64,000 bases of DNA from contig JAHQWJ010000152.1 in NCBI GenBank assembly GCA_029856125.1, forward strand, positions 1-64,000. The letters run 5' to 3'. Source of the DNA: Promethearchaeia archaeon. Lineage in GTDB: Archaea; Asgardarchaeota; Lokiarchaeia; Sigyniarchaeales; SOKP01. Both the position numbers and the translations under genes were made by a program. Under the pieces are notes generated by a model, which saw only the letters and a program-made list of their open reading frames with translations, did no database searches and was not told where the DNA came from. This document shows positions 40,737-50,197 of this stretch, one piece after another (position 1 is the stretch's first letter; each line of letters begins with the position of its first letter).

Positions 40737-42083
40737 TTATATACTAATCTTGTGATATTTTTCAATAGAGATTATTGGTTCAAATTTAGGGGTCGGTCCT
40801 TGCTTACTTCTTACCCAGTTTAATTCTTCTTTAATATCAAGTTTAATCTCATCTTTATATTTAATCTTTTTTAACCTTAAAAATCTCAATGTTAATTTAT
40901 AGAATTTTATCGCTTGATCTTCTAATTCTAATTTAGCTAAAACTTTTGCTAGATTCCAATAATAAAATAAATCGTCCCTATACAATCGTATAGCTTCTAA
41001 AAATTTATTATGAGCTGTCCTGAAATTTTTTTTGTAAAAAGCCTTTATCCCTTTATAGTAATAATCCAACGATTTTTGTTCAATTAAGTTGAAAGAAAAA
41101 AAAGTGATTTCAATTTCCTTAATATTCTCAGATAAATCTTTTAATTTTTCTGTGATTTTGTCCCGATCTTCTTCGAATTGATATAATTTCGTTATAATAC
41201 TTTTAGCATACGATTCAATTGAAGAAAAAATAATTTTTTGGGTTCCTGGTTTAAGTGGTCCTTTTTTCAAAGAATTTAATAAAATACTAGGAAAATCTAA
41301 ATCATTTAATAATTCAGTTGTCTTAAGAATTAATTTTATTTCGTTCCCGGAAAGAAGATCTTTATTTTCTATTGCTTCCAAAAAGAATGTAGCGAATTTA
41401 GGCGATCTTACGGATATACCAGTTACCAAATCAAAAATTTTATCCTTTTTATCGTTTTTCTCTAATTTTAATAATTCTACAGCAAATTTTGCTATCAAAT
41501 CTTCCTGCTCTTTTATAATAAACGAATCAGTAAAATCAACAAAATTCTTAACGAGCATTGCCTTACGGATTTTTGTTATGATTTGAAAAATTTTAAGTGA
41601 ATAACCCTCATCAAGTTTGTTGCACTTAAATCTAACAGAAGGAATAGATTCATTGTTATAATAGAATACTGTGGAAATATTACTAAAACCTGCATTGGAT
41701 AATAGTTCTTTTAATAAGGAAGGAGGAAAACAAATCTTGTGTTGCAATCCTTTATGAGGTATTCCAAAAAACCATCCCAATATCTCCTTTTTCTGCTCTC
41801 CGTTTGCTTTCAAATAATGCTGACAAGTTTTCTCAAGGTCAGGAGTTTCAAGGATTAATTTCCCATTTGGTTCTAATACTCTAAAGATTTCACTAAGAGC
41901 ATAAATAGTTTCAAAAAAACTTAAGTGTTCAATTATATGAATCGCTTTAATTTCATCGCAAGTATTGTCATCAAATTCAAGGTTAAAAGCTGACATGAGT
42001 CTATCAGCCACTAAATCTTCATATAAATCAATGTTACAATAATTTAGATTGTATTTTTTACCGCAACCAATATTAAGCTTCAT
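40737..42083 (-). CDS. methyltransferase (type 11-like) + TPR protein
   Basis: LNIGCG, HIIEHL, RVLEPNG...TPD; C-terminal TPR helices. Confidence 0.78.
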   Translation of the reverse strand: MKLNIGCGKKYNLNYCNIDLYEDLVADRLMSAFNLEFDDNTCDEIKAIHIIEHLSFFETIYALSEIFRVLEPNGKLILETPDLEKTCQHYLKANGEQKKEILGWFFGIPHKGLQHKICFPPSLLKELLSNAGFSNISTVFYYNNESIPSVRFKCNKLDEGYSLKIFQIITKIRKAMLVKNFVDFTDSFIIKEQEDLIAKFAVELLKLEKNDKKDKIFDLVTGISVRSPKFATFFLEAIENKDLLSGNEIKLILKTTELLNDLDFPSILLNSLKKGPLKPGTQKIIFSSIESYAKSIITKLYQFEEDRDKITEKLKDLSENIKEIEITFFSFNLIEQKSLDYYYKGIKAFYKKNFRTAHNKFLEAIRLYRDDLFYYWNLAKVLAKLELEDQAIKFYKLTLRFLRLKKIKYKDEIKLDIKEELNWVRSKQGPTPKFEPIISIEKYHKISI

Positions 42084-42162
42084 TTTTTTTTATTAAAGTC
42101 TTTTATATTTACAGTTGATATTTTGCTCCGCTAGGATAAGTGTTTCTTATCGATTCATACCT

Positions 42163-42411
42163 TCATTTTTTAGCTTCAAAATCCTCTATTTTTACAGTAG
42201 AATATAATGTTCCAGCAGGATAAATATGTCTTGAGGCTTCAATTCCAAAAATAATAATGACAATGCCCAAAAAAATAAAGACAATTATCATTAGGATTGT
42301 AAATATTAATGGATATTTAGAATTGTCAAATAAAAAGATTTTATTAATTTCTTTTTTACTTAATCCTAACTCTTTACCGATTTTATTCAATTGAAAAAAA
42401 TTATCTAACAT
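42163..42411 (-). CDS. small single-TM protein
   Basis: 82 aa, SD AGGAGG upstream, located between the rSAM and MTase genes. Confidence 0.65.
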   Translation of the reverse strand: MLDNFFQLNKIGKELGLSKKEINKIFLFDNSKYPLIFTILMIIVFIFLGIVIIIFGIEASRHIYPAGTLYSTVKIEDFEAKK

Positions 42412-42445
42412 TTTTAAGATCCCTCCTTTAAATTTTATTATCAGA

Positions 42446-43549
42446 TTATTTGAATATTAAGTTATGAAACATATTTTTTAATATTGAAATTGTTGAATCC
42501 AATTTCCCTTTTAGTGGTAACTGTTGCGAGGAAAACAATTTATTTTCAATTGCTCTTAGACAATAAGGCTCTTCAAATTCTTTTAATGCATATGCTGTTC
42601 CCAAACATCCTCCCCGACAAATTTTTGCCAAATCACAATCTACGCAATAACCTTTTAACTGTTTTTGTTTTAGCCTTAACTTTTCCAAAATCGTTTTCAA
42701 ACTCTGCGTTCTAATATTTCCTTCTATAAATCCATCTGGGAGAGTTAGACATCCTTTAATATTTCCGTTACTCTGAATGCCTAAAACTGATTTTCCCGCT
42801 TGACACCCCACCCATGGATCCAACCCTAAATTTGGTATAAACTTTGAAAAATGGCCGAAACAATGGGCACCAATAACTGGTAATCTTTTATAAGAATACT
42901 TTTTCACGTTTATGGCAATGAATAATGCTACAGTGTAAAATTCTTCTCTCGAAATCGTTAATTCTCTTGGAAAGCGTCCTATAGGGATTGCTATCTGAAT
43001 TTGCCAAGCAATATTTCGATCTAATAAGATGTTTTTTATCTTATCTAGTTCATTCAAATTAGTTTTACTTACTGCTGTAATAACACTAACTGGTAGTTTT
43101 TCTTCTTTTAACCTATTAATCGCATTTAGAGTTTTTTCAAATGCTCCTGGAATACCTCTAAGATAATCGTGGACTTTGGCCGAACCTCCATCTAAACTCA
43201 GTGATACACAATCAACTTTTAGGCTTTTTAATTTTTGAATGTTATCAACTAAAGTTAATCCATTAGTAACAATTGATAATTCTAACTTATTTTTTTTAAT
43301 TTCTTTCGCAATTTCATACCAATCTTCTCTAATTAATGGTTCTCCTCCCATCAAAGCAACTCCTTTATATCCACAATCATGGATTTCCCTAACTAATTTT
43401 AATGATTCTTCGGTATCCAGTTCATCAAGACGGGTTTTTCCCGCTTTTGATCCACAATGAATGCAATTACTATTACATTTTAGTGTAATTTCCCATACAG
43501 CGCAAGAGGGTTTAATCCTTTGAGATATTAGAGAAGTAATGCTTGGCAT
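42446..43549 (-). CDS. radical SAM/SPASM-domain protein (PqqE/COG0535-like)
   Basis: CNSNCIHC, GGEP, TNG, SLDG; CQAG...GC...CVDC.....CRGGC...C. Confidence 0.9.
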   Translation of the reverse strand: MPSITSLISQRIKPSCAVWEITLKCNSNCIHCGSKAGKTRLDELDTEESLKLVREIHDCGYKGVALMGGEPLIREDWYEIAKEIKKNKLELSIVTNGLTLVDNIQKLKSLKVDCVSLSLDGGSAKVHDYLRGIPGAFEKTLNAINRLKEEKLPVSVITAVSKTNLNELDKIKNILLDRNIAWQIQIAIPIGRFPRELTISREEFYTVALFIAINVKKYSYKRLPVIGAHCFGHFSKFIPNLGLDPWVGCQAGKSVLGIQSNGNIKGCLTLPDGFIEGNIRTQSLKTILEKLRLKQKQLKGYCVDCDLAKICRGGCLGTAYALKEFEEPYCLRAIENKLFSSQQLPLKGKLDSTISILKNMFHNLIFK

Positions 43550-43780
43550 ATCTTTAAATTCGATTCATTTTATTGAATTACAAATTATGAATTAAATTAT
43601 TAAATGTTTCCATCCACAATGCATATCTTTTGAAAAATTGCTTAATACCATTAGGATTACAAAATAAGAAAAAATGATGCTTTTAAAGCTTTAAGGTGCA
43701 CTTTTCTAACAATTTGAAAGGTTGGATATTATCTGAGTTAGAGCAATTAGGATTCTGTCATTAAGTTTGATGTGGATTAT

Positions 43781-43870
43781 ACTAAACGGATGGAACTCTT
43801 ATCAAAAGACAATAAAATCACAAGCAAGATGAAATACGAGATTCTTGAAAGTGGAATTTCTTTAATCTAG
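43781..43870 (+). pseudogene. orphan duplicate of the last 29 codons of the radB-like gene
   Basis: TKRMELLSKDNKITSKMKYEILESGISLI* versus TKRMELLSRNKQITSELKYKILDRGISLV* at 40628..40717; first 18 nt identical. Confidence 0.85.
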
Positions 43871-43953
43871 TATTATAATTAATTTAAGTTTTACAGTTTT
43901 GTCACATTTCTTATATAATAGGAATTCTTAGTTAATCTTACAAACAACTTAGA

Positions 43954-44364
43954 ATGAAATCTAATAAAAAATTAATAAAAAGGTATAAAAACATGGCTGA
44001 AATTTCAAAAGAAGCGAAAATTATTATTTTGATTAATATGATTGTTTCCTTTCTCTTTGCTTTCTTTTTTTTAGGAATTCCAGAAATTTATGCGAGTTGG
44101 ACTAATGATGCCTATTTCTCTCCTATTTGTTGGCGACAACTAGGAGGAACACTTCTAGTACTTGGAATATTTGGTATAATCGCATTAATACGAAAAGAAT
44201 GGGAGCAAATAAGAATATTTTGGGAAATAGGAATTGCGTTCGTAATATTATTAGTTTGCATCGATATATGGGTCATAGCTAATGGCATATTTGATTATAC
44301 GGTAATTGTCGAAATTGTGTTAGTTGCAATTAACATCATTTTTTATATAAGAGAAAGGAGATAG
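43954..44364 (+). CDS. 4-TM membrane protein, paralogue of 4926..5318
   Basis: See paralogue; start probably ATG 43993. Confidence 0.72.
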   Translation: MKSNKKLIKRYKNMAEISKEAKIIILINMIVSFLFAFFFLGIPEIYASWTNDAYFSPICWRQLGGTLLVLGIFGIIALIRKEWEQIRIFWEIGIAFVILLVCIDIWVIANGIFDYTVIVEIVLVAINIIFYIRERR

Positions 44365-44532
44365 AAAACCATATTCCTAAATCTTAATTTTTTTTTATAT
44401 TTTTGGTTTAATAATCATTTTCTAATAGAACTTGTATCAATCTCTTCCTCTGAACTGAGTTATAATTATTGGTATGAGCAAAAAACAGTGCAAACTTTTC
44501 TTTAAAAAGGAAAAACTTTTGTCGCGTGAAAA

Positions 44533-44549
44533 TTCTTTTCCTTTAAATA
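44533..44549 (+). promoter_or_regulatory. T-rich-BRE TATA promoter
   Basis: TTCTTTTCCTTTAAATA about 21 nt before ATG 44571. Confidence 0.65.
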
Positions 44550-44570
44550 GTTCTTTTATATAAATATTGC

Positions 44571-44951
44571 ATGATCAACGCCCCCGATTCAAAAATCTCT
44601 AATCAGATAAAATGCTCCATCTGCCGAGCCGACATTAAAGATCGCCACGATTTGTATCAATCGAACTTAAAACTGGGAGTTATCTGCAAGACCTGCCGAG
44701 AGCGGTTTTCTGAGGAAGATGTTGAGATGATAGTAAACCTTTTTTTCGCCTTCGGTGGATATTTCGGACAGTTCGATAAATCCGCGTTTTCTTTAGACGA
44801 GTTAGTCATAGAATTTGCAGAGCAGTTAGACGCAGGCAACTCGACCTTTCATTTACAGAATGTGAAAATGTGGCACAAAATATTAACTCACGGTATTGCT
44901 CCCAAAGATTTTTTAAAAGAACTTTCTACCTATGTTGAACAAGGCTTGTAA
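44571..44951 (+). CDS. zinc-finger protein, paralogue of 13410..13796
   Basis: CSIC..CKTC, FAFGGYFGQ, HGIAP. Confidence 0.75.
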   Translation: MINAPDSKISNQIKCSICRADIKDRHDLYQSNLKLGVICKTCRERFSEEDVEMIVNLFFAFGGYFGQFDKSAFSLDELVIEFAEQLDAGNSTFHLQNVKMWHKILTHGIAPKDFLKELSTYVEQGL

Positions 44952-45078
44952 AAAGAAGAAGAATCAAAATTTATATAGAGTTCAATCGGTACTTTTATTA
45001 AGTAAAATTAAATTATGATTCTCTAATATTAACCATTTTTGCTTAAAAAATGGTAAATAATTAAAAAAGAAAATCAAA

Positions 45079-45474
45079 ATGTCAGACGAAGAACTAAGTA
45101 ATCAACTTACTAAAATCGCAGTAGAAATTGAGAAAGTTGAACAGACAGCGATTCAAAAAAAAACCTACTTTACAAATAAATGCGATGAGGAATATGACTC
45201 AAAAATTAGGGCTATTGGGGAACAATTGCTTCATGAACAAAACAAATTAAACGAAATCCTTAAAAGTATTAATGAATTAACGGCGAAAAAGAAAGAATTA
45301 CTTTCCATTACAAAGAATTTGGAATCTGAATACAACTCCTTGATAAAAGAGAAGGAAAAAATCTTCAACCAGAATATTAAAGCAATTGAAAGAGAAAAGA
45401 AAAGTAAAACGAAGGACATTGATAACAAAATTAAATTACTAGAAAAAGAATTGAAAGCAAGTGAAAAAAATTAA
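45079..45474 (+). CDS. coiled-coil protein
   Basis: K/E-rich heptads. Confidence 0.65.
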   Translation: MSDEELSNQLTKIAVEIEKVEQTAIQKKTYFTNKCDEEYDSKIRAIGEQLLHEQNKLNEILKSINELTAKKKELLSITKNLESEYNSLIKEKEKIFNQNIKAIEREKKSKTKDIDNKIKLLEKELKASEKN

Positions 45475-45510
45475 GCTGGGAGTTTGTTCTAAAACTAATA
45501 AAAAAAAGAA

Positions 45511-45849
45511 TTAAAGAAGTTTTGTTTCGGTTGTAGGAGTAGGTGTTTTTATAACCAAGAATCGAAAACTTGCTTCAGATTCGTTTAGTAACGTGTGAAC
45601 GATTTTGGCCGGGCTAAAAATTAATTGATCTTTTTTCACGGTTTCTCTTTCTTTTCCAATCTCAACTATACCCTCACCTTCTAGAACGTAAAAAGATACG
45701 TCTACAGGCGTTATATGTCTTTTGAGAGCTTCGCCCGGTTTAAGTTCGATATGTACGATTGTTGCGTGCTCAAAATTAATTAATTTTTTCACAGCTACTT
45801 TATGTACTGTGTCCGCAATCTGAACGTCTTTTGTATTTATTATTTTCAT
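45511..45849 (-). CDS. cupin domain protein
   Basis: LKPGE...H, YVLEGEG, P...H...N. Confidence 0.88.
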   Translation of the reverse strand: MKIINTKDVQIADTVHKVAVKKLINFEHATIVHIELKPGEALKRHITPVDVSFYVLEGEGIVEIGKERETVKKDQLIFSPAKIVHTLLNESEASFRFLVIKTPTPTTETKLL

Positions 45850-45965
45850 TTTATTTTAACCTAAATTTTCGAATTATTGTAGGTTATGCAATATAAATCG
45901 ATGTATAATATAAGGTTTAGAGTGAACATCTTCACGTAAAGTAAAAGAAAAAAAGAAAAAAAAAT

Positions 45966-46481
45966 TTAAGGTGTTGGCAAAGATGCAAGTACGCTAGTAT
46001 ATGCACTTAAGAACAAAACTGCTAACCCAGCAAGAACATTCAACATTAGTGTGAGCATATTGAACGTCTGATTCTGTTTTGGAGTGAGTTTTTTAACTCT
46101 ATCCACAATTAGACTGCGGAATATACTTAATGAGATCATAACAATGTATAATATATGTTTGATACTCAACAGAGTCGAATATTCCGTTCCAAAGCTTAAG
46201 AAGCCCGTGTACAACCCAGATGATGCGACTTGTCTTGCCATAAACATTCCGGTAATTACCAAGCCAGCCATACTAATATAGGTTAACAAGCTAAGTCTTT
46301 TCTTTATCAAAGCATTTAACATTTTAGTTTCTTTGGATTTCCCAAGAATTTTCCTGATTGCAGGTAAAACGGAAAATGCGAGCGCCAACATGCCTCCAAT
46401 CCACATCGCAGTAAATGTACTGTGGAGGAAGGAAATCAACACTGGAGCTATTACAGCACTTATAGGAACCATAATGATCAT
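45966..46481 (-). CDS. CopD-like membrane protein
   Basis: LH....WIGG, ITG, LSIKH; 4 TM. Confidence 0.7.
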   Translation of the reverse strand: MIIMVPISAVIAPVLISFLHSTFTAMWIGGMLALAFSVLPAIRKILGKSKETKMLNALIKKRLSLLTYISMAGLVITGMFMARQVASSGLYTGFLSFGTEYSTLLSIKHILYIVMISLSIFRSLIVDRVKKLTPKQNQTFNMLTLMLNVLAGLAVLFLSAYTSVLASLPTP

Positions 46482-46713
46482 TTAATATTTTTATTTTAAT
46501 TGATATTTAATTAACTAAATTTAACCAACCAATAATTTTGTTTTCCTTTACGGGTAAAGTTTTTTTGAAGACGACTACTTTTTTTTTCCATTTATAAATA
46601 TTAGGATTATTCGCTTTTCCATGACTTTGATACAAACAAGCTAATTTTGAATTAATTCTTTAAAGAAATTCTTTTTTATTATGAGTATATATCGGTAGAA
46701 AATCGGTAATTGC

Positions 46714-46845
46714 ATGAGAAAATTAGCAGAACAACTAAAAAAAATAGATTTAGAACTACCTAAATGGACACGCGAAGTTATTTTTGAGCATTTAGTAGAA
46801 GTGTGTAAAGATATTAAGCAACATGGGGAATTAAAAAGAGCCTAA
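46714..46845 (+). CDS. possible 43-aa small protein
   Basis: MRKLAEQLKK...; T10-CCATTTATAAATA element at 46578..46600 upstream. Confidence 0.3.
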   Translation: MRKLAEQLKKIDLELPKWTREVIFEHLVEVCKDIKQHGELKRA

Positions 46846-46874
46846 CACTATTCCTTTTTCATATCTATTCTTTC

Positions 46875-47354
46875 TTATATTTCTATAAATTTCCAACGTG
46901 TTGGGGTCCCTGCATAATCATTCATATCCCAACAAAAAACTTTGGTTTTGTTTACCCGATAAAATGGAGGAGGATGATCTAAATTGTATTTTCTCATATA
47001 ATCCATTTTAATCTCCTTAATAACATTTTCATTTTTTTCAATTGATACCTTCCCTTCTATTATAACAACCTTCGTCCCACTTTCTGAGTGAACAACAATA
47101 TGGGGATTTTCAACTAAATTTTTACGATTTTGTGTTTCTGAACCTCCCCCAAAATAAAAATTATCATTAATCCAGGATCCCCATATAGGAATTGCATGGG
47201 GACGACTATCTGATTTTGTAGTACTTAACCAGTAATTTTTTGCATCCTTCATCTCATTTTGTACAAAATCCCAACCTAATAATCCGTTATCTGATTCTTC
47301 TATTCCATAATCAGGTATATATGGACGATCACGTGATTTTTCTTGCTTCATCAT
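46875..47354 (-). CDS. pyridoxamine 5'-phosphate oxidase (PPOX/F420-binding) family protein
   Basis: YWLSTT..D.RPH..PIW, N..ENP, VIIEG. Confidence 0.85.
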   Translation of the reverse strand: MMKQEKSRDRPYIPDYGIEESDNGLLGWDFVQNEMKDAKNYWLSTTKSDSRPHAIPIWGSWINDNFYFGGGSETQNRKNLVENPHIVVHSESGTKVVIIEGKVSIEKNENVIKEIKMDYMRKYNLDHPPPFYRVNKTKVFCWDMNDYAGTPTRWKFIEI

Positions 47355-47425
47355 TTAACTTGTGGGTTTTCTGTAATTTTAAATTTACACTTTTTTAGTC
47401 ATCACTGAGTTTTGCATCCTCTCTA

Positions 47426-47444
47426 TTTTTTTTCTTTATAAATA
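47426..47444 (+). promoter_or_regulatory. T-rich-BRE TATA promoter of radA
   Basis: TTTTTTTTCTTTATAAATA in a divergent intergenic region. Confidence 0.7.
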
Positions 47445-47498
47445 TTCGATTCTAAAGGGATTTAATCTCAAAATACAAATAGGAGTTGATAGTAAAAA

Positions 47499-48734
47499 AT
47501 TTCAGACTTAGACCAAGTAAAGTCGATAAACGCTCGACAAATTAAACTCCTTCAGGAAAGTGGAATTAGCACCGCGGAAGCGCTGGCAATGTCTCCACAT
47601 AACATCATATCGGAGATTGATGGACTAGGCGATAAAACAGCGAAGAAGCTGATTTGGAATGCTCGAAATGCGTTAGGTATGACCGAATTTATCACTGCTG
47701 GGGAGATTGACGAGAACACGGAGTATATAACTACTGGTTCTTCTGAGCTAAATAGAATATTGGGCGGTGGATTCCAAACAGGAAAACTCACCGAGGTATA
47801 TGGTCCGTTTAAAAGCGGAAAAACAAATTTAGCTCATACTATTGCTGTGACAATCCAACTTCCGAAGAAAAAGGGAGGATTAGGGTCTGCTGTAGCATAC
47901 ATTGACACTGAAAACACGTTTGCTAAAGAAAAGATCAAAAGAATCGCCAAGAGATTTGGACTCGATCCGAAAGAAGTCCTGTCGCAAATTTTTCACGCCA
48001 GGATTTATTCGTCCGACCACCAGATGCAAATGATTCAGAAGGCGGAGACATTATGCAAAACGCGGAACGTGCGTTTAATAGTAGTAGACAGTTTAATGGC
48101 GCTATTGAGAGCAGAATACGTCGGTATTGGAATGCTAGCCCGTCGTCAGGGCGTTCTCAATAACATGATACACGGGCTTTCGCGAGTTGCAGAGACTTAT
48201 AATTGCGCTATTCTACTTACGAATCAAGTCTCGACCAAGATGATGGGTATGTTCTCTGCTAATGACGCAATCGGTGGGAACATCGTTGCTCACGGCTGTC
48301 ATTTTCGTGTGATGTTCAAAACTAAAGGATTTTCGTCCAATAACTCGTTAAAACGGAGAGCGATAATAGTTGACGCCCCTGACTTACCACCAGAAGAAGC
48401 AGAGTTTTTTATCACGAGTGTAGGTATTGCAGACACCGAAAAAGGAGAGGTTCCCGAAGCAAAGGGGTTAGATTTCGAAGTAGAAACGCTATACGAAGAA
48501 GAAACTCCAGAAGTCGGAATTACGGAAGATACGACTAACTCAGGAGAGTATTCCTTAATTGATGTGAAAGGAATAGGTGACGGGACTGCAAAAAATCTCG
48601 CAAAAAATGGCATAGCATCAGTCGAAGACTTACTAGAATCTGACCCTGAGACCCTCGCTCCCAAAATTAGCGGAATCTCTTCTAAGATGATTAACGAGTG
48701 GCAAACGAACGCAAAAGCTCTTTTAAACGCTTAA
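47499..48734 (+). CDS. radA: RadA/Rad51 recombinase with an extra C-terminal HhH domain (ORF track starts at 47589)
   Basis: FITA polymerisation motif, GPFKSGKT, YIDTENTF, LIVVDSL, TNQV, GGNIVAH; N-domain homology continues upstream to ATT 47499 after SD AGGAGTTGAT. Confidence 0.9.
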   Translation: MSDLDQVKSINARQIKLLQESGISTAEALAMSPHNIISEIDGLGDKTAKKLIWNARNALGMTEFITAGEIDENTEYITTGSSELNRILGGGFQTGKLTEVYGPFKSGKTNLAHTIAVTIQLPKKKGGLGSAVAYIDTENTFAKEKIKRIAKRFGLDPKEVLSQIFHARIYSSDHQMQMIQKAETLCKTRNVRLIVVDSLMALLRAEYVGIGMLARRQGVLNNMIHGLSRVAETYNCAILLTNQVSTKMMGMFSANDAIGGNIVAHGCHFRVMFKTKGFSSNNSLKRRAIIVDAPDLPPEEAEFFITSVGIADTEKGEVPEAKGLDFEVETLYEEETPEVGITEDTTNSGEYSLIDVKGIGDGTAKNLAKNGIASVEDLLESDPETLAPKISGISSKMINEWQTNAKALLNA

Positions 48735-48850
48735 AATTTACTCTTTTTTTTCTTAATTTTTTTAATTCATTTTCTTGAAATGTATGCTTCTTGACCTTTA
48801 TCAACAAATGAATTTAAAAAATCTTCTTTTTTTTCTTCCTTTTTTAATTT

Positions 48851-49123
48851 TTATCTAAATCTAATCATAGCCATTATAATTGAGCCTAAAATTATAATAG
48901 AACAAAGTATTGCAATTTTTTGCTTTGCTTTTATTGGAACCGTGTTTCCTCCGCAGTGAGGACATTTTTTAGCATAAACATAAGCTGGAAGTCCTAAAAC
49001 AGCAATACTGACAAAATTAGCGGTTTGTTTTCCTGTAGTTTTTGGTTCTTTTAATGCCATAACTTCTTTTTGACATTTTTTGCAATACATTTTTTTTAAT
49101 ATTATCTTTTTTTCTTCTGACAT
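48851..49123 (-). CDS. small zinc-ribbon membrane protein
   Basis: CKKC-hydrophobic-CPHC, C-terminal TM. Confidence 0.7.
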   Translation of the reverse strand: MSEEKKIILKKMYCKKCQKEVMALKEPKTTGKQTANFVSIAVLGLPAYVYAKKCPHCGGNTVPIKAKQKIAILCSIIILGSIIMAMIRFR

Positions 49124-49185
49124 TTTTGCATTACTCTTAATTTTTTATAAATTCCGCTTTTGTGATTTTATTGTTGTTTGGGGTA

Positions 49186-49237
49186 TATAAAGATTACATT
49201 GAAATTAACAAGTAAATTCTTCTTTTTACCGGTAGAA
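49186..49237 (-). repeat. 52-bp promoter-like repeat, copy 1 (copy 2 at 50012..50063)
   Basis: 43/52 identical; TATA box plus TACCGGTA palindrome. Confidence 0.75.
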
Positions 49238-49394
49238 ATATGGATGCGGTTAGTAAAAATTGTTGGAATTGTTTGAAAATATCTCAGAAAGAAGTAATTT
49301 TTTAATTCTACATTATCGATGAAATTTATTTATAAAAAATGCGAAAAAACAAGCAAGAGGAATTAATAACTTCCTCCAGGTTAAGATTTAATTA

Positions 49395-49799
49395 TTATCT
49401 CTTTAATTCTTTTCTCTCATGGAGAGCAAGTTCGATTTTATATAATACTCCAGCGACGACAATCAACATTAAGCAAAACAAAACTGTTACTAGATGAGTC
49501 ATATTTAATACTTTTCTCAGAGTTTCGTAATAGTTGTTTATCATTTCTATCATCTCTGGGTTTTCGGTTATAGCTAGAAGATATGTTGATTCAAATTGAA
49601 CTACAGTATATAAATGGAAGCCTAAGAGAAACGACATTGCTATTAAAACATATTTATACAGCTTTATTTTTAACACTACTGGTTTTCCTGTTTTATTAAT
49701 ATCGTTTTTCTGAATTGTTTTATGTTCTACTATTGGTTTATATTCTACTACTTCTTTTTTAACTTCTTTATGTTCTAATGGTTTGACTTGTTTTACCAT
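49395..49799 (-). CDS. 2-TM membrane protein
   Basis: SD GGAGG upstream, two hydrophobic helices. Confidence 0.7.
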   Translation of the reverse strand: MVKQVKPLEHKEVKKEVVEYKPIVEHKTIQKNDINKTGKPVVLKIKLYKYVLIAMSFLLGFHLYTVVQFESTYLLAITENPEMIEMINNYYETLRKVLNMTHLVTVLFCLMLIVVAGVLYKIELALHERKELKR

Positions 49800-50011
49800 T
49801 CTATTTCTTACCTCCTTTATTTTTGGTTATCAATACCTTTTTTTATTTCTTTTTCTTTTTTTTTTATTTAATTATTTTAATATCCATTCATAACTACAGG
49901 AGCAACAAATCTAATAATTAGGTCAATTATGACCCTTGAGATAAAAGTAATTATGCTCCATACGAAATTTTTATTTCTAGTATCTTTAAATCACTGTTGT
50001 TTAATATTGAT

Positions 50012-50063
50012 TATAAAGATTACACTGTAATTAACCGTTAAATTGATATATTTACCGGTAGAA
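50012..50063 (-). repeat. 52-bp promoter-like repeat, copy 2
   Basis: See 49186..49237. Confidence 0.75.
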
Positions 50064-50197
50064 TCTAAATTGAAAATTATTTTATAGGATTAAATTGTAG
50101 AAGAAAATAAATCAAGAGATTTTGTCGAATAACTGTCAAATAAATAGTTCGCATGAAACGAAAAAAAAGTTATAATTAAAAATTAAATAAAAAAAAG

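Noticed and set aside
1496-48850. All T-tracts as promoter motifs
   Set aside because: T-runs directly after stop codons with no following TATA box (e.g. ~1497, ~11078, ~18835, ~48745) are ordinary archaeal terminators and were excluded
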